Source of the DNA: Thermodesulfovibrionales bacterium
GTDB taxonomy: Bacteria; Nitrospirota; Thermodesulfovibrionia; Thermodesulfovibrionales; SM23-35
Direction of reading: 5' to 3'
Length of the DNA: 64,000 nucleotides
Assembly (NCBI GenBank): GCA_963715195.1
Contig: CAVQRT010000003.1
Coordinates: forward strand, 224,001 to 288,000
Shown: piece by piece, positions 59,572 to 64,000 of the stretch
Layout: the number at the start of each line of letters is the position of its first letter
How positions within the stretch are numbered: position 1 is the stretch's first letter
The notes under the pieces: generated by a model
The model's input: the letters and a program-made list of their open reading frames with translations, nothing else
The model's database searches: none
Told to the model about the DNA's origin: nothing
Translations under genes and position numbers: made by a program

Positions 59572-60327
59572 ATGCTAAGATTTGTTGCAACCGCATTCTT
59601 CATCCTGATAATGGGCTTAAGTCAACCTGCCTGTGCTGTTGAACCCCCCACCTCATCAGGGATGACACCCGCTGAAGCCCTGAGTGCTCTTAAAGAGATT
59701 ATCCCGGAAGTAAAGGTTTTAGAAGTTAATACAACGCCTATTCAGGGGCTCTTTGAGGTTGCGGTCGAATCGAAAGGCAAGAAAGGGATACTCTATCTTG
59801 ATTCATCCCGAAAGTATCTCATTTCAGGGTCTATTATCGATATTGCGACAAAACAGAATCTGACGCAAGAAAGATCCGCTGAAATCAATAAAGTTAATGT
59901 CGCTGAAATTCCCCTCGATGATGCACTTGTGATGGGAGACAAAAATGCGCTAAAAAGAGTTATCGTCTTCACGGATCCAGACTGACCCTACTGTGCAAAA
60001 CTTCATCAGGAGATGAAGAAGGTGCTGGAGGAAAGAAAGGATATAGCCTTTTATATAAAGTTGTATCCTTTGCCGATGCATAAAGATGCCTATGGGAAGG
60101 CGAAGACAATTGTATGTGAAAAATCTCTCGCTCTTCTGGAGGATGCCTTTGCAAAAAAACCACTCCCACCAGCGAAATGTGAGACATCTGCGATAGACGA
60201 TAATCTGAAACTTGCGGAGAAACTTGGGATACGAGGAACTCCCGCTATCATTATGCCGAACGGAACGATAATTCCCGGCTATAAAGACGCCACTTCCCTC
60301 ATGAATGCTGTCGATAAAGCCTCCTGA
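59572..60327 (+). CDS. DsbC family disulfide isomerase, selenoprotein (UPYC)
   Basis: Two track ORFs (59554-59985, 60013-60327) are in one frame, joined by VFTDPD-TGA-PYC; GTP cis-Pro loop; hairpin at 60001-60018. Confidence 0.85.
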
Positions 60328-60429
60328 CGATTTCTCACTGCCTGGCTCTGCCATAGGATACAGACCTCATCTTCCTCCTGAAGTCTAATCTTCCGAAAAT
60401 AGTTAAAATGCGATAGATTACTCCCAGAT

Positions 60430-61200
60430 ATGAATATATGGAAACAAAACATATTTTTTGTCCTTGTCGAACCGAGGGAACCGGGTAACATCGGTGCATC
60501 CGCACGCGCTATAAAGAACATGGGTTTCAGAAACCTTTGCCTCGTTAGGCCTCCGCCTGAGATGTCGGAAGAAGGAAGATGGTTTGCCCGTAACGCCCAT
60601 GATGTACTTGACTCCGCAGCGGTCCATGACTCCTTTGAAGAAGCAATAAGGGACAAAGCTGTTGTCGTTGGAACGACCAGGAGAGAAGGAAAAAGACGCG
60701 GGGTAATATTGCCTGTTGAACAGGGTACGGCACGGATTCGTGATGTAGCAGAAAACAATAAAGTCGCAATCCTCTTCGGGAGAGAAGCGCAGGGACTGAA
60801 CAATGATGAAGTGGATCAGTGCGGCTTTCTGCTCAAAATCCAGAGCAGTGCGATCCAGCCTTCGCTGAACCTTTCACATGCGGTCCTTATTATCGCCTAT
60901 GAACTTTCAAAGCATGATCAGGTGATAGGTGTTAAATCCGGGAGGGTTAGGAAGAAGAAATTTGACAACTCAACCCTGATAGAAAACCTCAAGACACATG
61001 AAGAGATCACACCCTTATACGAAAGGATATCCGAGGTGCTGGAACTGCTTGAATACATACCGAGGGGCGATAGAAATCTCATGAAAAATATCATTGTCAA
61101 TCTTAAACACTTCATCGGCAGAGCTGGGATGACGGAAAAAGAACTGAGAATGATTCAAGGTTTATGCACACAGATAGAGAAGAAAGTGGAGAGAAGATAG
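60430..61200 (+). CDS. TrmJ/LasT family SPOUT RNA methyltransferase
   Basis: EP..PGNIGASARA.KNMG, FGRE..GL.N, SLNLSHAV. Confidence 0.9.
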   Translation: MNIWKQNIFFVLVEPREPGNIGASARAIKNMGFRNLCLVRPPPEMSEEGRWFARNAHDVLDSAAVHDSFEEAIRDKAVVVGTTRREGKRRGVILPVEQGTARIRDVAENNKVAILFGREAQGLNNDEVDQCGFLLKIQSSAIQPSLNLSHAVLIIAYELSKHDQVIGVKSGRVRKKKFDNSTLIENLKTHEEITPLYERISEVLELLEYIPRGDRNLMKNIIVNLKHFIGRAGMTEKELRMIQGLCTQIEKKVERR

Positions 61201-61299
61201 AGATGCAAAAATAAACATCAAAGAATTTCTGTTTTTAGATTCGTCATTCCTTTCCAAAGATCTTCCCGGTTGAACCTGATATAATTGTAAATAGTTTCA

Positions 61300-61527
61300 A
61301 TGGTAGTAGAAACAACCTTTCAAGAAAGGAAGGAACGAATCATAAAACCATTTACAACAATTGCAATTATCGTGTTCTTGCTTATAGGTTCTATACATTT
61401 TCTCCGCCTGTTCTTTCGATGGGAAGTTATCATAAGCAGAATGATTTTACCTATATGGATAAGCGCGCCTGGCTTTTGTATTGCTTCAGGGCTTGCATTG
61501 ATGCTGTGGCGAGAATCACGGAAATAA
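61300..61527 (+). CDS. Small two-TM membrane protein (start uncertain)
   Basis: KPFTTIAIIVF..HFLRLFF.WEV..P.W.S; SD lies before an ATA at 61342. Confidence 0.55.
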   Translation: MVVETTFQERKERIIKPFTTIAIIVFLLIGSIHFLRLFFRWEVIISRMILPIWISAPGFCIASGLALMLWRESRK

Positions 61528-61593
61528 GAACTATGTCAGCCTTCACTCATACAACACTATTTTGCAAAAAAGCATTGCTGGAGCTTTAATTTT

Positions 61594-62805
61594 TTGAACA
61601 ACGCTATTCCTAAACAGGAGTTAACTTCCCGGTGGGATAGGTGCAAAAACCTCCTTCAGCAATCTATCCCTCAAGCTCAGGGGATATTAGTTTTCTCTCG
61701 TTTAAATATTTATTATTTCAGCGGTTCATTTGTCAGCGGAGTTTTTTGGCTACCTCTCAGCGGCGAACCTGTCTTATTATGCAGGCGTGGAGATGAAAGA
61801 GCAAAAATTGAGTCACCGATAAATCATATTTACTCATTTAGGTCTTATAGCGATATTGAAACAATTCTGAACGATTTGGGTTTTTGCTTGCCTAAACTGG
61901 TCGCAGCTGAGATGAATGGGTTATCGTGGGCTCTCTCAAACAGTCTCATCAAACACCTTCCTACTCATCAGTTCATTCCCGCAGATAAAATCATAGGTAT
62001 GAGTCGTGCTAAAAAATCAGAGTGGGAACTCAATATCTTACGAAAAGCAGGCTCCAAACATGCAAGATGTTTAACTGAGTTGCTACCACCTTTTCTTCAC
62101 GATGGCATAAGTGAACTTGAGATATGTCATAAAATTTCAGAAATCTTCTTCTCCGAAGGCCACCTTGGAATCTTACGAATGGAAAATTATGGAGAAGAAG
62201 TATTTCTTGGATTTGTCTCTGTTGGGGACAGCGCCAATCATCCCAGCGCCTTTAACGGTCCTGTCGGACTTCGGGGCGTTCATCCGGCGACCCCATATAT
62301 GGGATCAGCATCGGTCAGATGGACAACAGGGAAGCCTTTGACCATAGATAATGGGTTTAATCTTACCGGTTACACAACTGATAAGACTCAGGTTTACTGG
62401 CTTGGAGATAAAGAAAATATGCCAGTGAATGCCATAAATGCACATGCTTTCTGTATCGACCTGCAGAGGCAAATTCTAGAAATTCTGAAGCCAGGAACAC
62501 TGCCAAGTGAGATCTGGAACCAGTGCCTTGCTGACGTTAAACGCTCTGAGTGGAGTGATGGTTTTATGGGGTTGGGGAAAAATAAAGTATTCTTTGTAGG
62601 CCATGGCATTGGACTTGCCATAGATGAATATCCCGTTTTGGCAAATGGATTCGATGTGCCCCTTGAAGAAGGGATGACACTTGCTATTGAGCCTAAAATT
62701 GGCATCCCAGGTTTTGGAATGGTAGGAGTCGAAAACACTTTTGAGGTCACGACTGATGGTGGGAAATGCTTAACAGGTAAAAACTTCGATATAATAAATA
62801 TTTAA
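61594..62805 (+). CDS. Xaa-Pro peptidase (M24) family protein
   Basis: ID, TD.T, GHGIGL..DE, IEPK, GVENT metal ligands. Confidence 0.88.
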   Translation: MNNAIPKQELTSRWDRCKNLLQQSIPQAQGILVFSRLNIYYFSGSFVSGVFWLPLSGEPVLLCRRGDERAKIESPINHIYSFRSYSDIETILNDLGFCLPKLVAAEMNGLSWALSNSLIKHLPTHQFIPADKIIGMSRAKKSEWELNILRKAGSKHARCLTELLPPFLHDGISELEICHKISEIFFSEGHLGILRMENYGEEVFLGFVSVGDSANHPSAFNGPVGLRGVHPATPYMGSASVRWTTGKPLTIDNGFNLTGYTTDKTQVYWLGDKENMPVNAINAHAFCIDLQRQILEILKPGTLPSEIWNQCLADVKRSEWSDGFMGLGKNKVFFVGHGIGLAIDEYPVLANGFDVPLEEGMTLAIEPKIGIPGFGMVGVENTFEVTTDGGKCLTGKNFDIINI

Positions 62806-62862
62806 CTAGAAAATAACTTTTATAAGAACTCCTCAAGTCTGAAAACAATAGAACTTGAAAAG

Positions 62863-63597
62863 ATGAAATACAGTGAAACGGACCTAACCGAAGCGACCAA
62901 AATCCTATCTTATTTGCGATCGATGCAGATTTATGCTGTTACGATATTCTGTGCAAGTCTTTTGTATTTGGGGTTAAAAATTTATAATGACACAAAGGGT
63001 ACCGAGTTATATCTTCTCTATTGTTTTACAGGAATTATTATTTTAGGAAGCCTTTCTATCATTATCCGTCTAAATGACAAAACAGCCAATATGTACGGGT
63101 TAAGTTGTATTGTTGGAGGCGCTATTTACTTATTTTCCATACTCTATTACCGGGGCGAAACACCGGGCTTTTTTACAGCAGTTGGCTCCATTGTAGGCCT
63201 TATAGTGATTAGACAGGGAGTAAGTGTAGCGTTTGGCAAGCGTTCACAAGAAGCATTTTCAAGAGTCAATCAAAAAAAGGTTTTATTTATAAGAAATCTA
63301 TTAAAGTCACTGAAACAAGCCCTCAGCAATGAAAAAAATACAATTCATTGTACTTATACTGATGATAAGGGGAAAAAAAGAAACCTGGGCATTAAGTTAC
63401 TTGATGATGTCGCGTGTTTTCTTTTAGAGGGGCATTCTACCCCTATTTTTTTTGATCGCAATAATGTTTATATGTTTGAACTTCAAAGCAGTAAGAATTT
63501 TTTACATGTATCTATTAATGTAGATAATCATGATTGGTTAGAAGCTGATTTTAAGTCGGATGACTTTAAAAAATATCAGGCATGGAAAGATATTTAA
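62863..63597 (+). CDS. Hypothetical membrane protein
   Basis: About four hydrophobic segments, then a soluble domain; AT-rich. Confidence 0.65.
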   Translation: MKYSETDLTEATKILSYLRSMQIYAVTIFCASLLYLGLKIYNDTKGTELYLLYCFTGIIILGSLSIIIRLNDKTANMYGLSCIVGGAIYLFSILYYRGETPGFFTAVGSIVGLIVIRQGVSVAFGKRSQEAFSRVNQKKVLFIRNLLKSLKQALSNEKNTIHCTYTDDKGKKRNLGIKLLDDVACFLLEGHSTPIFFDRNNVYMFELQSSKNFLHVSINVDNHDWLEADFKSDDFKKYQAWKDI

Positions 63598-63750
63598 AAT
63601 AAACAAATTAAGATGATAGATTTCTCATTCAAGTCGGAGATAATTTAACCAACGCCTCTGACAGTCTCCTTATAGCGCTATCCCGCGCACCATGAGCAAC
63701 CGATACTTTTTCTCAATCTGAAAAACACGAGGCATTTTCTCACAAGGTGT

Positions 63751-64000
63751 TTATTTCCTCTTTTTTGTAGTAGTCTTCTTGATTTTCTCTATCTGCTTCT
63801 TCCCAAGATCTGCCTCTTTTGTTTTCGGGTAACGCTCGATCAGTTGCTCAAGGATTACAGTACCGGTCTTTTTGTCCCCGAGCTCGATAAACGAATAGCC
63901 CTGTTTCAAGAGGGCACCAGGCGCCTTCTGACTCTTTGGGTACTTTTTCAAAAGTGTTTCATAAGCGAGGATTGCATCTTCAAAGTCTTTTTCCTGATAA
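63751..64000 (-). CDS. cpoB: Tol-Pal TPR protein CpoB/YbgF, C-terminal part
   Basis: YQEKDFEDAILAY..LLKKYPKS.KAP.ALLKQG.SF..LG...L..LI..YP. Confidence 0.75.
   Translation of the reverse strand, partial: YQEKDFEDAILAYETLLKKYPKSQKAPGALLKQGYSFIELGDKKTGTVILEQLIERYPKTKEADLGKKQIEKIKKTTTKKRK

Noticed and set aside
59554..60327. dsbC as a nonsense pseudogene or two genes
   Set aside because: The stop is TGA at the catalytic Cys, has a SECIS-like hairpin, and the frame is otherwise intact.
62799..63660. ATTTAAC motifs as attC R'' boxes around AT-rich genes
   Set aside because: No matching GTTRRRY end or internal dyad found.
443..63951. Most short overlapping or antisense ORFs in the track (e.g. 4349-4888, 13696-14289, 19851-20342, 49006-49476)
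   Set aside because: They shadow well-supported genes on the other strand or frame and have no motifs or RBS.

Overview
Mostly core-genome window from an anaerobic Gram-negative bacterium. Gene content and repeat types suggest Nitrospirota/Thermodesulfovibrionales or a deltaproteobacterium; this is inference only. It holds a glucosylglycerate/glycogen cluster (GpgS-like, glycerate kinase, MPG/GPG phosphatase, glgC, malQ) interrupted by a Phd-PIN toxin-antitoxin pair. Other content: a B12/iron ABC pair, split fumarate hydratase, TPP riboswitch-thiC-thiD-radA, rnr, mazG, leuD/leuB, rtcA, ampG/nagA, a dTDP-rhamnose/GDP-fucose operon, uvrB, tRNA-Asn, tRNA-Pro and an AT-rich islet. Features the ORF track misses: (1) a ~140-160 nt long-hairpin element in three diverged copies (9344, 48874, 51046) whose outer stems differ in sequence but keep pairing, with G-U wobbles on the + strand; (2) two UGA-recoded selenoprotein candidates, a 71-aa glutaredoxin-like protein with two UGAs and a signal-peptide DsbC with UPYC, each UGA followed by a SECIS-like hairpin; (3) a 43-aa Lys-rich peptide gene with 11-residue repeats and its own promoter; (4) two PhoB/OmpR-geometry promoters, one pointing at a candidate CCUCC-rich sRNA; (5) several apparently leaderless genes and two apparent pseudoenzymes.
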